A stretch of 64,000 nt of DNA from Gracilinanus agilis (Eukaryota): the NCBI RefSeq assembly GCF_016433145.1, contig NC_058133.1, positions 333,419,959 through 333,483,958 on the forward strand, given 5' to 3'. Positions within the stretch are counted from its first letter, which is position 1. Every line of letters begins with the position of its first letter. The translations under genes were made by a program, and so were the position numbers. The notes under the pieces were generated by a model that saw only the letters and a list, made by a program, of their open reading frames with translations, searched no databases and was not told where the DNA came from. Of the stretch, positions 1 to 12,849 are shown in pieces.

Positions 1-138
1 TTTTGTGATGCAGGGAGTGGTTGGGGCCCTTATGGATAAATTCTATTGATAACAATAATAAATAATAAAATAATAAATATAAAATAAAGAAATAATTTTA
101 AAAATTAATAATAATAATTAATTAAAATTCTAGGATTG

Positions 139-300
139 GAGCAACTAGGTAGTTCAGTGGATAGAAGTTCTAATCTGGTTTCAGACACTTCTTAGCTGTA
201 TGACCCTAGACAAGTCACTTAAGCCTAGTTGCCTGGCCCTTGCTGTCTTTTGTCTTAGAATTAATACTAAGACAGAAGATAAGGGGTTAAAAAAAGAAAT
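139..300 (+). mobile_element. marsupial tRNA-derived CORE-SINE, internally deleted
   Basis: GGAGCAACTAGGTAGTTCAGTGGATAG head, core TCAGACACTTCTTAGCTGTATGACCCTAGACAAGTCAC, A-rich tail. Confidence 0.8.
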
Positions 301-511
301 ACTAAGAGTTAAAAATGCAAAAAAGAACACTAAAAACAGCCTTTCTTATTAGAATGATTCAAGTGACAGTTCTTTATAAAAATGAGCTTGACTAAGTCTG
401 ATCATCCATTTAAAAATATTTGTTAAAATCTAAATAAAGTATGCTCAGATTCTTAGGTACAATGAAGTCATTTAGAGAGTACCAGAATCTTAAAATTCTT
501 CATGACAACAA

Positions 512-740
512 AGCAGAGAGTATTATCTTTGGAGGCAGGACCATCTGGCTTTTAATCCTGCTTCATATACTTTTTAGCTGTATGTCCCTGGACAAATCAC
601 TTGGCTTCTCTGAACTTCAGATTCCTCAACTTTAAAAAAATAGATATCTGCAGAATTTAGCTCACAAGATTGTGGTGAAGATGATATGAGATATTTGTGA
701 AGTGCTCTGTGAACCTTAAAAAATAAATATAAATGACATT
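512..740 (+). mobile_element. MIR-like SINE
   Basis: core CTGTATGTCCCTGGACAAATCACTT..CTCTGAACTTCAGATTCCTCA and MIR-type 3' part. Confidence 0.7.
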
Positions 741-1039
741 CTATTTTGCCCACATTTTTTGGATTGGGTTTAGATAGAAAATGGTCCTGGGATGAATCAC
801 TATCTTGCTATGATTTTAGAAAGTATTTAATGTTCTGTGAATTAGCATATGAATAGATAAAACAACGGGTTTTTTTGTTTTGAATAAAAGTATTAGGATA
901 GAAGTATGCCCATTGTATGTTCACTGATAACATCCCCAGGACAAGTATAGTATTAGAGAGAATTCCCTCATGATTTTGAACTCTTCTCTTACATCTATAT
1001 GTATTTAAAATATTTCATTTCCTGTTGGTTGAAGATTGA

Positions 1040-2460
1040 TTACTTGACATGGCAAAATTTATTAAAAACATTATTCTTAAGTGTTCATGGATTCATGTTA
1101 TGTCCTGTTAATAATGGGTACCAGTTTGGTCTGTGATAATGGATTAATTTCTACAAATTTTATTGGTTGGATTCTCTAGAATATTTTGAGATTTGAGTTT
1201 GTAGTATAAGGATTTATCTTTTGTTAATCCATGAAAGAGAGCGAACTTTTGAGATTTAATGCCACCAGGTCATGTCTTATGGGGTTTTTTAATGGTAGGT
1301 GTTAATTTTTACAGCCTGTAGTAAAGTGTTGCATGATTTCCATCTTTTCTTTATATTCGTATTATATTCATTATATTTATATTGTCTATATTTTTTATAT
1401 TCATATTATATTTCCTTATATTAATTATATACACTGATTATTCTGTCAGGACTCTTTAAGGGTAACTTTTCCACCATTTTTGGTGGCATTGAAATGGTCC
1501 TGAATTGTCATCATAAACCTTTGTTTCCACAAACTAATCCACATGAATAAGCCTTTTGTTTGATGCTACCTTATTGACCCATTGTTATAGCTGAGAGCAT
1601 GTGGATATAACCCAAGGAAGGCCTTTTGCTTCCATTCTTGGATCTTAGCCATTTTGTAGACCTCATCTAGAGCTAAGTCTTTTGGTTTCATTTGGCAAAT
1701 TAACTATCTTTTAACTTTTACCAAGCTTTACCATTTCTTGATAAAGTGATGTTTGCTTTTTCCAAAAGTATTTCTGAGAGTTTTTTACCTGTTTGCCATG
1801 ATGCTTTGGGAAATTTTATCAGTCCTATTCTTTTTTGGTGAGAAAGTACTAGCCTTTCTATACCTATTTGTGTTTCTTTATTACTGTTTAGTTTTTGTGA
1901 GGTTGCTTTACAGACTTGTTATGTTCTATTTTATTATTATGAAAGTATTCATGAAAATTAGTATTGCATAGATGTTAATTGTTTTCAATGTGTCCTTGCC
2001 AAGAGTTAATTTCAGGATGGCTCAGACTCTTCTTTGATAACTTTATCTTATGTGTTTTGCCCAAGAGAAACCAAGGTATTTGGAAGTATCCCCTTCATTC
2101 TTTGTTTCAAAGGACCTCTGATGGTAAACTTAAAACATTCAGTCTATCTTTCTTTGATATATATTGAAAATTTTACATGTATCAAGTCCAAATTACATTT
2201 TGATATCATTGGTGAGAAATGCCTTGAAAGACATATTTTTCTGTGTTTTTCATTAGGGCCATATAACCTTGTCTCATCTTTGTAAAATAGATGATTAAAA
2301 TGTTTTGGTTTGACTTCTTTAAGCTGAAGCCATATTTAATTATTTTTAGCTGAGATGGTTATGAACTTAAGTCCGCTAAAACTCAAATGGACTTAAAATT
2401 ATCTCTATCCTAATCTCCTTGGAAAATGGCACAATTTATATCAACTGATCTTGACATTGT
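1040..2460 (-). mobile_element. R4/Dong-clade (RLE-type) non-LTR retrotransposon fossil, Mam_R4-like; RT C-half plus Zn-knuckle/REL region
   Basis: Minus-strand motifs in canonical order: AIFQGD (2413-2430), NHLFYKDETRLYG (degenerate YMDD, 2273-2284), FGLDTC (~2175-2192), KYLG (2070-2081), TINIYA (~1965-1982), WKQK (1623-1634), FMMTIQD (1497-1517), QHFTTGC (1311-1331), RHDLVA (1260-1277); many stops and frameshifts. Confidence 0.8.
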
Positions 2461-2479
2461 ATTGGTGGTATATTTCATT

Positions 2480-3485
2480 TTTAATATAATGTTTTATTTT
2501 TCCCAATAATATGCAAAAACAATTTTCAACATTCTTTTTCCCAAATTTTGTTTCAAAATTTCTCCCTTCCTCTCTTCAGACAACAAACAGCTTAACCTAG
2601 GCTATACATGTGTGATCATGCAAAATTTGTTTCCTTATTGGTCATGTTATGGAAGGAGACTTTAAATATAAAATTTATTATATATAAATATTATTTAAAA
2701 TTTTAAATAGTGAATATTTAATTTTGAATATAAAATGTGAAAAAAATAAAGTGAAAAACATTATGTTTCAATCTGCATCCAGACTCTATCAATTCTTTCT
2801 TTGGAGATGGATAGCATTTTTCATCATGAGTCCTTTGGAATTGTCTTGGATCATTAAATGCTGAGAATACTAAAGTTATTCGTAGTTGATCATTGTACAA
2901 TACAGCTGATACTATGTACAAATTTTTTCTGGTTCTTCTCAGTTTCATTTTGCATCAATTCATGTTGTCTTTTCCAGGTTTTTCTGTCATCATGCTGCTT
3001 GTCATTTCTTATAGTACAATGGTGTTACAGCACAATCATATGCCACAACTCGTTCAGCCATTCCACAGTTGATGGATATCCCCTTAATTTCTAATTCTTT
3101 GCCATCACAGAAACTGCTGCTGTGAACATTTTTGAGCATAGGTCCCCACCTTTTTTTTATCTCTTTGGGATAAGACTTAGTAGTGATATTGCTAGATTAA
3201 AGAGTATGCAGAATTTTAGAGCACTTTGGGCATAGTTTCAAATTGCTCTTCAGAATGGTTGGATCAGTTCACAGCTCCACTGACACTGCATTAGTGTTTC
3301 AATTTTTCCACATCCCCTCCAACATTTATTATTTTCCTTTTTCTGTCATATTAGCCAATCTGATAGGTATGGAATATACTCAGTTTTAATTTGCATTTCT
3401 CCAGTTAGGAGTGATTTAGAACATTTTTTCATATGAATTTAGGTACTTTTGATTTCTTTTTTTGAAAACCGCCTGTTCCTATCCT
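2480..3485 (-). mobile_element. L1 3' region (ORF2 end plus 3'UTR), old marsupial subfamily
   Basis: antisense L1 hallmarks GTTCAGCCATTCCACAGTTGATGGATATCCCC, GCTGCTGTGAACATTTTTG, TTTGCATTTCTC. Confidence 0.85.
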
Positions 3486-4369
3486 TTAGCAATGAGTTTT
3501 AAAGAACTGTTTTTTTTCTGTGAACATCAAGTACTTTACTATTCTCATTGTACATGAGTCTATCTTACATTTTTGAAATACATGAATATATGTATGTATT
3601 TGCAGTACATAAATAAACCAAGAGTGTGAGTGTGGAATAGAGTCAAAGACTTTGAGATAGTTAGCAAAGGCAGTATAAATGTTACATAGTTTTCAGGCGG
3701 CCTAAATAATAATTAATAACTGGATCAAGAATAAATTTCTCTTACTTATTGAGATATCTCTGGCACTTTTGGATAACACCTATTATCTTCAGCCAATAGA
3801 TAATTTTCTTGAATTTATAGTTTTTTGGTGATATTATCTTTTTCAATGGAGTTCAGAAAACAGTCGTAGAACAAGCTGTTATACTCATTATTTTATGGTT
3901 AAAATTCTATGTACCATTGTACAATTAGATAAATATAACTTCTTTTTGTAATTGAAATATTGGAATATAAGTTTACATCTTCCATAGGCTAAATGAAACA
4001 TCTTTGGGACAACTCTAGTCACAGATGGGCTTGATGGGGATGATATGTACCCATCCAGTTGCATAGTTTCAATCTCTTCAAATTCTTGGTTGCAGCATGT
4101 TTGAATCTAGGCTGAAAAAAATTGAACAAGAACTTCTCCATAAAGATTCAGCAGATCTATGTAGTTTTTCCATCTTAAAACTAGTCATTTTGTTAGAAAA
4201 TAACATTTTCATTCATGACCTATTGATGTTTCAACTATTTCAATAGCAAAAGGAGCATCTCTGTTTACCTGCAACCTCCAACACTGAAACAGGTGAGAAG
4301 GTGTTGAACATGTGTGTAACCATGAAAAAATAAGTTTCAACTCGTACTTTCTGTGTTAGAATTGATATA

Positions 4370-4523
4370 AGTTCCAAGGCAGAAAAGAGATAATGGCTAG
4401 ACAGTTGGGGCTAAATGATTTGCATTGGGTGAATACTAGGAAGTATCTGAGTCCAGATTTGAATCTGGGACTACCTGTCTCCAGGATTGGCTCTCTATCC
4501 AGTTAGCTACCTAGCTGCCCCTC
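4370..4523 (-). mobile_element. Mar1-type CORE-SINE
   Basis: antisense GGAAGTATCTGAGTCCAGATTTGAATC..CTACCTAGCTGCCCC. Confidence 0.8.
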
Positions 4524-4919
4524 TAGCTATATTTTGGAAGGTTTTTATATTTCAAAAGCTTTTCATTATATTTAACTCAGTGATTATCAGTATTTATTAT
4601 ACCAACATCTGTTAAAATCTTGTTACTCATTTCTATGGGTCAGGTGATTGTGGGTACCATTTAAGTCTGACATGTTGTTGTCATGATCATATATCATTAC
4701 CTTGTCTGATCCTCAAAACATCCCTGTGAATTAATTCCAGAGGACTCATAATGAAATATACTACATACCTCCTGAGAGAGGTGTTCTGGGCTCAGAACAC
4801 AGATTGAGACATTTGTTTTTGAACATAGTCAGTGAAGGAATTTGTTTTGCCAAGACTAGCTCTTTCTTTTTACTACACTAAGCCTGTTTTATACCCTTAA
4901 TAACTTAAGTACTTCTAAT

Positions 4920-5045
4920 TAGTCAGTCAGTAATCATTATTAAGTGCTTACTATATGCCAGGCTCTGTAATAACAAACAGGAGGAGACAAAAAGAGGCAA
5001 AATACAGTCCCTGCCCTCAGGGAGCTTACAATCTGATGGAGAAAC
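4920..5045 (-). mobile_element. L2 3' end
   Basis: AGTCAGTCAG..TTAAGTGCTTACTATATGCCAGGC..CCTGCCCTCAGGGAGCTTACAATCT. Confidence 0.75.
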
Positions 5046-5457
5046 ATGGAAAGTTTGAGGAAGAATGAAAAGGTTTTGAGGGAGTCACTTTTTAAATTTT
5101 TTATTTCATTTTAATTAAGAATATTTTTCCATGATTTCATGATTTGTGTTCTTTCTCTCCCCTTTTTCCTCCTCCCTCCCTCAACTGACAGGTGTCACTT
5201 TTCAGAGTATGATAGTGAGTTGAGAAGGGAAGTATATTCAGATTGCCCAGTGGCAATGAGATTGTGTTACACAAATTTGTAATGAACCCAATCAGAACAT
5301 TTCCATGATTTTCTCTACCTTCATTCAGCAGGAGGGGTGGGTGATGGGAGTGATCTAAAACTGAGGCTTGGCAGGATTCGATTGGCAAAATGATAAAAGG
5401 GTAAGGGTAAGAACTCAAGAAAATAGGATCTACCACCCAGCTTAAAATAGGTTTCTA

Positions 5458-5629
5458 CAAAGCAACCACCAACAATTTGGAAATAGGTCTTGATCAAGGA
5501 CACATGACAAAACCAGTGGAAATGTGCGTTGGCCATGGGTGGGGGGAGTGCGGGGGGGGGGGGTGAAGGGAAAAGTAGGAGCATGAATCATGTAACCATG
5601 TTAAAAATGATTATTAATAAATGTTTAAA
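5458..5629 (+). mobile_element. 5'-truncated L1 3' end with TSD
   Basis: GAAATAGGTCTTGATCAAGGACACATG, G-rich tract, CATGAATCATGTAACCATG; 14-bp TSD AAAATAGGTTTCTA at 5444-5457 and 5630-5643. Confidence 0.9.
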
Positions 5630-6457
5630 AAAATAGGTTTCTATTTTTCTCTCTCCCTGTTCAAAAAGTGATGTCCCTTATTTTTCCATTGATATAGGTA
5701 TGATAGTCATTTAACTGATCATAGAAGGAAACTATCATTCATATGCTTTAGTTGTGGCTGTGTGGAGAGTGAAAAATGTGACATATATCATTTACAGTTT
5801 GAGCTAAATAAAATCTCTATTCAGGAAATAAATATATCCTAATTGTTTTGAGCAAACAAAAACTAAATCACATCATTTAGATTCATACATTTAATAGAGA
5901 ATGATGCTCATTTGACTTTTTCAAAACCATCCATTCATGTAGAAAAATAGAATTATACTTTAAGAAAAGGAGCTGGCAAAGGAAGATTAGTCAAAGACAA
6001 GAATATGCACGTCTTATTGGCATCATGTGAGTATCAGAGGATACTTAAATTTAAAATCAGCTTCAAGCTAATGTTGATCAGTTTATGTGCTACATAAAAA
6101 GCAGTCCCTTTGGTGGAATGCATTGCATAATCACAGTGCCTGCTATCATTTACTTTATTTGCTTTTAAGGGAATTTGATGCCATAAGATTTTGAGTGCTG
6201 GTTTGTCTGGGAGCAGGCTTGTTAGGGTGGGACCTGCATGACTGCACACCTCAGAGAAAAAAAAAATCTACCTATAAGGTGTTAAAGTAAACCATTTGTA
6301 GTATCTGTTCTGAGCTCTTAGCTGTTCAGTGGATTACAGTTGAAAGCATCCATTGACCTGGTAATATCAGTATGAAAAACCTCATTTACCAACATTATTG
6401 AGGAATGAGCAGTTCCCCATAAGTGAATTTTGTAGAAAAATAAAGCTTTCTTATTTA

Positions 6458-7000
6458 TTTTTTCTTCTTTTAATTTAAATTTTGAGTATTTTCCCCATAG
6501 TTACATTTCATGTTCTTTCCCTCTCCCCCAAACCTACCCCACACCCTCACCCCCCATAGCCAACGCATAATTCCACTGGGTTTTACATGTATCATTGATT
6601 AAGACCTAATTCCATATTATTGATAGTTGGACTAGAGTTATTGTTTAGTGTCTACATCCCCAATAATACTCCCATCTGCCCATGTGATCAAGCAGTTGCT
6701 TTTCTTCTGTGTTTCTACTCCCACAGTTCTTCCTCTGAATGTGGCTAGTTTTCTTTTTCATAAGTCCCTCAGCCTTGCTCTGAATTCTTGCATTGCTGCT
6801 AGTAGAGAAGTCTGTTATGTTCGATTGTACCACAGTGTATCAGTCTCTGTATACAGTGTTCTCCTGGATCTGCTCCTTTCACTCTGTATCAGTTTCTGGA
6901 GGTCATTCCAGTTCACATGGAATTCCTCCATTTCATTATTCCTTTGAGCACAATAGTATTCCATCAGCAGCAGATATCACAATTTGTTCAGCCATTCCCC
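6458..7000 (-). mobile_element. 5'-truncated opossum-type L1 3' end with TSD
   Basis: antisense L1 3'UTR; 16-bp TSD AAAGCTTTCTTATTTA at 6442-6457 and 7001-7016. Confidence 0.9.
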
Positions 7001-7214
7001 AAAGCTTTCTTATTTAAATTAAAAACAAAACAAAAAACTTTTTTGATGGAAATCTAATGTGATGGTGACTAGCATGTACACAGAGCATCTTGCATATTGT
7101 CCTCCCACATGGAGGAACCTAGAGAGCCTGTTTCTAGAAAAGCAGTAATAATGTATAATGGGAGTGCCTTGCAGAAATCTTGGAGAATCAACAAATCCAT
7201 TCTGTGACAGTGTC

Positions 7215-7236
7215 CAGTTGGCTCACTATCTGATAA
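7215..7236. promoter_or_regulatory. candidate E-box plus palindromic double GATA site
   Basis: CAGTTG (7215-7220) followed by CTATCTGATAA (7226-7236) in non-repeat sequence; motif match only. Confidence 0.3.
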
Positions 7237-7431
7237 ATAAGGTACTCTTTGGCTACAGAGGCATTCAAAATGGACTAGCTAACCAGAGCTGCAGTTCTTT
7301 TCTCTTGGTTGCTCTGCCCGGGGTTTGAAATCTCCCTTGAAAAGCAATGCTGTCTGGGGAGAAACCTTATTGCTTCTCCCTGTTGAGGTCATGCAGCTTC
7401 CATCTTTGATCTCTGTTCTTTTCTATTCTAG

Positions 7432-7470
7432 ATGAAGGGTTTGGAAACTATGATCTGTGAATTTCAAAAG
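7432..7470 (+). other. candidate 39-nt internal exon (phase 0: MKGLETMICEFQK); gene not identified
   Basis: strong acceptor TCTCTGTTCTTTTCTATTCTAG| and donor AAAG|GTCAGT; only phase 0 is open. Confidence 0.3.
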
Positions 7471-8779
7471 GTCAGTTGGCATCCCACTATCTTGGTTTTG
7501 TAGTCAGTTCAGCACCAAAGCCCTGAGGAGCTAGGAATGACCTCTGGGACTCAGGCTAGAAATAGCTAAGAAGAGGACCCCTCTCGCATCTGCATCTGGA
7601 TATAAAAATTGGGGGAGTCCATTTCTCACGGAGACCAGTATTAGAAGGAAACATTTGTTCTTGGGATGTATTTGCAGTATATATCTTTTTGGCAAAGCTA
7701 ATGGTTATTAAGCAGTTAAGTGAACTGGAGTACTATTCACTGGCACCTAACAATATGGAGAATATAGCTAGCTGCTCGGGGCTTGAGCCAATAGTAATAG
7801 AAAAGAGACTCTCTCAAGTCCTCAGGGAATCCCTAGAAACCTGAGGGATACCAGTAGCAGGTCTCACTCTGGAGCATATTCACTATGCTCACGTGTATTA
7901 CACACTGCCTTAGTTTCTCAGGCAAAACAGATTTAATTTGTGAAGAACAGAAAGGTCATTTTGTCTGGATCACAGAATGCAAGAATAGAAAGGGAAGCAG
8001 TGGTCAATAAGACTAGAAAAATAGTCTGGGACCAGAATGTACAGGACTTTCAAAGCTAGAGAGAAAAAGTGGTATTTCCTCTTAAAGCTTTTCCGTGTGA
8101 CTCAGGATCATCATGATGAATATCAGCCACAGGATGTGATGTGTTGAAATGTGTTAGGTCAATGTTCCCCTATGCTGCATGCTATCAGCTCACAATGCTC
8201 TTTGAGCATTTTTGTGTTTGCTTTTTTTGTTGTTGTTGTTCTTTAAGGGATTTTAAACTTAGATTGTAAGAACTCTACAATTTCATGTTTACTTTTTTGC
8301 CTTAGCTGCCTAGAAATTCAGAGCTAAATACTATCTAGTTTAAGGAATGAATTCATTTTAGTTGCCTCTGCCATCTATTCTTCTTTTAATTGATTTCCAT
8401 AGTGTTCTATTTTTTATTGAGCTTTTTAATATCATATTCAAAATTATAAGCTGCTTCATGCCCTTTTTGGAAATAGATAGGATCCTGTGTAAATGGAGAG
8501 AAATGATTTTTTATTTCCTCCTTCCCTATCAACTTCTCAATATTGTCAGTATGCTTGTCTCTAACAGCAAACTCTACTCTTAATTTGCTCTTCTCGATAA
8601 CCTGAAAGTTAGAAATCTAGCAATCAAATGGATTAGAATTGTTGTATCTAAAGAAAGAATAAATGAGTTAGGAGCAAGAATTTGAAAGGCACTCCTAAGA
8701 GTTAATAAAATCCATGAATTTTAGCACTTTTTATGACATCTATCTTGATGATTCAGACACATTAACATTTTTTTTTGTT

Positions 8780-9725
8780 TTAAGCCATTTCTCTAATTGA
8801 CGAATGGTCAAAAATAATATGAAAAAATGTCCTCAATCACTCATGATTAGAGAAATGCAAATTAAAACAACTATGGGTACCCATCACATCTATCAGATTT
8901 CCTGATAGGACAGTAAAGGAAAGTGATAAAGGTGTGGGGATGTGGCAGAATTGGGATATTAATATATTATTGGAGTTATGAACTGATCCAACCATTCTTG
9001 AGGGCAATTTGGAAGTGCACCCAAAGGGCTATGAAAATGTGCATACCTTTTCATCCTGTAATACCACTACTATATCTGTATACCAAAGGGATCATAAATA
9101 AGGAGAAAGAAGCTACTTGTACAAAAATATTTATAGCAGCTCTTTTTGCGGTGCAAAGAAGTAGAAGTTGAGGGGTTGTCCATCAATTGGGGAATTGTAG
9201 TACATATTGGTAATGGAATACTACTGTGATATAAGAAATGATAAGCAAGATGATTTCAGAAACAGCTGGAAATATTTATGTGAACTGATGCAGAGTGAAA
9301 TAAGCAGAACTAGGAGAAAACTGTACACAGTAATAGCAATATTGTATGATCGGTTGTGAGAGCTCAATATTCTCAACAATACAGTAATCCGAGGCAGTTC
9401 TGAAGGATTTTGGGCAAAGAATGCTATCCACCTCCAGAGAAAGAACTGTTAGAATCAGATTCAAATCAAAGCCTACTATCTTTCACATTAGTTTATTTGC
9501 AGTTTTATTTCGGGGTTTTGATTTTATATGAGTATTCTCTAACCACGGTGACCAATATGAAAATATGTTTTGCATTATAATATATGTATAATCTAGATAA
9601 AATTGCTTACCCTCTCCAAGAGGGGATAGGGAAGAGGAGGGAGACATTTTGGATCTTTCAAAAATGTATGTAGAAAATTGTTATTACATGTAATTGGGAA
9701 AATAAAAAAATCTTTGAATAAAAGT
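8780..9725 (+). mobile_element. L1 ORF2 C-terminus plus 3'UTR
   Basis: AGAGAAATGCAAATTAAAACAAC, CCATCAATTGGGGAAT, 3'UTR ending TAATTGGGAAAATAAAAAA. Confidence 0.9.
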
Positions 9726-9984
9726 TTTGTTTTGTTTTTCTTCCTTTGCAAAGAATCTCCAAGTTGAAGAGACTTTAGACGCCATCTAATACAACCTCTA
9801 TCACAGTTGCGTGAGGTTGCTAGATAGCTAAGATTGAGAGAGATGAGATATTACTCTGAAAAGTAAATAAGTTAATTCTTCAAAAACAGACATATCCAAA
9901 GGCAAGGAATGTTTTGTAGGATTTTATTTTATCTTAACTTCTGCGTTACACATATTTTGTCCTTTATTTTGGCTTTCCTACTAG

Positions 9985-10125
9985 ATATATATATATATAT
10001 TTTTTTTTTTTTTAATTTGTGTATTTGTTTGTTACATTAAAATACTCAATTAACTTCTTCCTTCCCTCCCTTCCCCATTAGAGAAGAAATCATTTGAAAA
10101 AAAGATATATATGTGTGTGTGTGTG

Positions 10126-10161
<36 letters not shown>
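9985..10161. repeat. (TA)n/poly-T and (TG)n(TA)n microsatellites within L1 3' debris
   Basis: directly visible dinucleotide runs near 9985-10013 and 10108-10161. Confidence 0.9.
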
Positions 10162-10165
<4 letters not shown>

Positions 10166-10639
10166 CATGTCTCATTTCTATTTTTCAGTTCTTTTTCTAG
10201 AGGTGGACATAGATAAATCATTCTTCAAACTATTTTTGCTGTAATATGTAATGTTCTCTTTTTTACATATTTTCTTTTATGTGATTATTCTAGAAGTGGC
10301 AAATAGGGGAAAGTTTCCTGTTCTATCTTTCAGATTTTGATGGTTTCTTTTAAAAATTATTTACTTATATTTTTACTATATTTACTGAAAGCAGATAAGA
10401 TAAATGATACACAAACTCAGGAATTCCAAAATTCCACAAAATAAGTTGCTTTTTTATGCTATGTGAAAACTAATCAACCTCCTCATAATGTGTATATTCT
10501 TAAACAATAATACCAATTGAACATATCCACACATTTTTAATTAATTTACGCTCATGCCATATCTATAAGACCTTATTAGTTAGTCATACTCTTTCATTTC
10601 TTTCTTGCCTTTTTTTCTTAGGCTTATTTTCTCAATTGC

Positions 10640-11760
10640 AATTTAATTCCACAATTACTCTGTGCCAACTAAATCCAAGGCACTCAGGATACACTTTTTA
10701 AAATGACAGTCTTTTACCTTCAGGGAGCTTGCATTTTACTTCACAGGGAATGACGTGTATACAAATAAGTATTCTAATGATAGACAAATCTTTATGGAAA
10801 CAGAAGAGAGATCCTGACAGAGTGCTTAAGAAGTAGCCAAAGCAGAGTAAACTGCTTTTATGTAATGGGAGGGATCAAAGAAGTCCTCATAGACAACATG
10901 GCATCTAAGCTACACCTTGAAGGAAGAGAAGCATTCTAAGAGGCAGTAGTGACAAAAGAGCACATCCCAGCATCAAGAATGGTTCATAAGAATACACGGA
11001 AGTGGAAACAGTAGATTGAGTGCAGAGACCATCCTTCCACTTTGACTAGAATGCAGCTAGTTTGGAGAATAACATGAATTAAAACTGTAACAATTGTAGT
11101 CAAATTGTGGAAGTCTCTAGGGACCTGACTTAAACCATTTATATTTTACTTATTTTAGAAACAAGGGGGCCCCCAAAGGTATAACTTTTTTATCTCTTTC
11201 TTGAAGACTTCTCCCTTTCAAGTTTAAACTCTGATATTACCTTTGCGAAGTCTGCTTGATCCTTTCTTCTGAAAATGTTCTCTCCCTCCTGAAATCATCT
11301 AGATAAGTGCATTTTAAAAGATTTTTTCAGATCTCCGAAAGTTGGAATAAGGAGAGATTGAAGATAGACCTATTGAGACTATTACTGTAGTTTGGGTTAG
11401 AAGTGATGAAAATCTGAGTTAAGGTGACTACAATTTGGTTGGAGAGAAGAGGATAAATGAAAAAAGATTCTGTGAAAGTAGAATTCATAGTTACTTGGTG
11501 ACTTTTAATTGGAGAGTTAATGATGAGAGAGAGAGGGGTTCGGTGTCTGTCTTAATTCAGAGGATGGACCATCAACAGAAATAGGGAAGTTGGAAGAAGG
11601 GTTTCGAAAGGCTTAGGAATGGAGGGAGAGATAATAAGTTTAGTTTGAGACATAATGAATTTGAGTTGTTTGCAAAATAGACATAGATGTCCAATAGGAA
11701 GCTAGAAATGTAGGACTAGCAGTAAGCAGAAAGATTAAGGCTACATGTGTAGATTTTGAA
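10640..11760 (-). mobile_element. L2 fragments
   Basis: purine-rich antisense L2 body, e.g. TTTAGTTTGAGACATAATGAATTTGAG..AGATGTCCAATAGGAAG. Confidence 0.65.
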
Positions 11761-12400
11761 TTAGATGTCCTATAGACATCTCAAACTCACTAAGTCCAAA
11801 ACAGAACTCAGTCTTTTCCTCAAGCCCACACCTATTTTGAATTTTCCTGTTATTATTGACAGCAGCATCATTCTTCCACCTCTCTAGGTTTGCAATCTCA
11901 GTATTATCCTTAACTGCTCACTTCCCTTCATCTTTCCTGTATCCAGTTAGTTAGCTGACACATCTTGTTATTTCTATCTCCACATGTCTCAGATATGTAA
12001 CCGTCTCTTTCCTCACACAAGCATCACCAAGATTTCATCACTTCTTGCCTAGACAATTGCAGTAGCTTCCTAATTGGTCACCTTTCCTGAAGTCTTCACT
12101 CCAGTCCATCATCCATGGAGCAGCAAAGTGATTTTTCTGAAGTATGGGTCTGACCCTATCATCTTCCTACTCAATAAACTCCTGTCATTTCCAGGATCAA
12201 ATATAAGCTCTTCTATTTGTTTTTTTTTAAAGCTCATCAAAATCTGCCTGTTCTTATTGTTTTTTCTGGCACATTATTGTCTTCTATGTAATATATAGTT
12301 TACACACACACAGAGCTTCATTTTCTGTCACAATTCCTTTTATCTGGCCATTCCTCATACCTGGAAAACTCTTCTCCCCCCCCCCTTCACCTTCTGTGGA
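11761..12400 (+). mobile_element. L2 fragment
   Basis: TAGATGTCCTATAGACATCTCAAACTCACTAAGTCCAAAACAGAACTC, typical sense L2. Confidence 0.75.
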
Positions 12401-12849
12401 ATCTCTGTGTAACAACAGACCTTACTGGCTTAGCAGGCTGAGGGTCACCTTTTCCCTCAAGGGGCCCCAGCTCTGGGCTCATGCAGAACAAGTTCATTCA
12501 TGGGTGAGCCTGACTTCTAAAGAGAACAATTAACCATTTTTCTTGTATTCTCTAGGTCTTTACCCACCTCTCTCTAGTGCCCTAGGGAAAATCAGTTAAG
12601 GTTTGGCTCAAGGATATGGTCTCTCCAAAGCATAGTAGAAAGGGTCTTGATTTATAGTGTAAATTAGGTATAGAGCAAGTTGTATTTTTGCACCCCCCCA
12701 AAAATGTTTAAGACACAAGAGAATCAAGCCCATGTTGACAAATGTTTAAAATATGATATACCAATCTCTGATTCCACCTATACTGTCTTGGGAAGTTGAT
12801 GCTTAAAACATTAGAATATCAGATATATGATGGGAGTTTTGGGTATGTT

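Noticed and set aside
3990-4320. Exon-like peptides (MFESRLKKIEQELLHKDSADL; minus IQTCCNQEFEEIETMQLDG; donor at 4291)
   Set aside because: Splice sites weak or mutually inconsistent and no recognisable protein
5536-5572. G-quadruplex-forming G-tract
   Set aside because: Ordinary polypurine tract of an L1 3'UTR
6645-7017. Recurrent similar ORFs here and at 20589-20956, 22762-23118, 40374-40763
   Set aside because: They translate homologous L1 3'UTR/ORF2-end copies, so the similarity reflects the repeat, not a gene family
12405-12720. GC-richer unassigned segment, possible LTR or MITE
   Set aside because: No matching termini or TSD found
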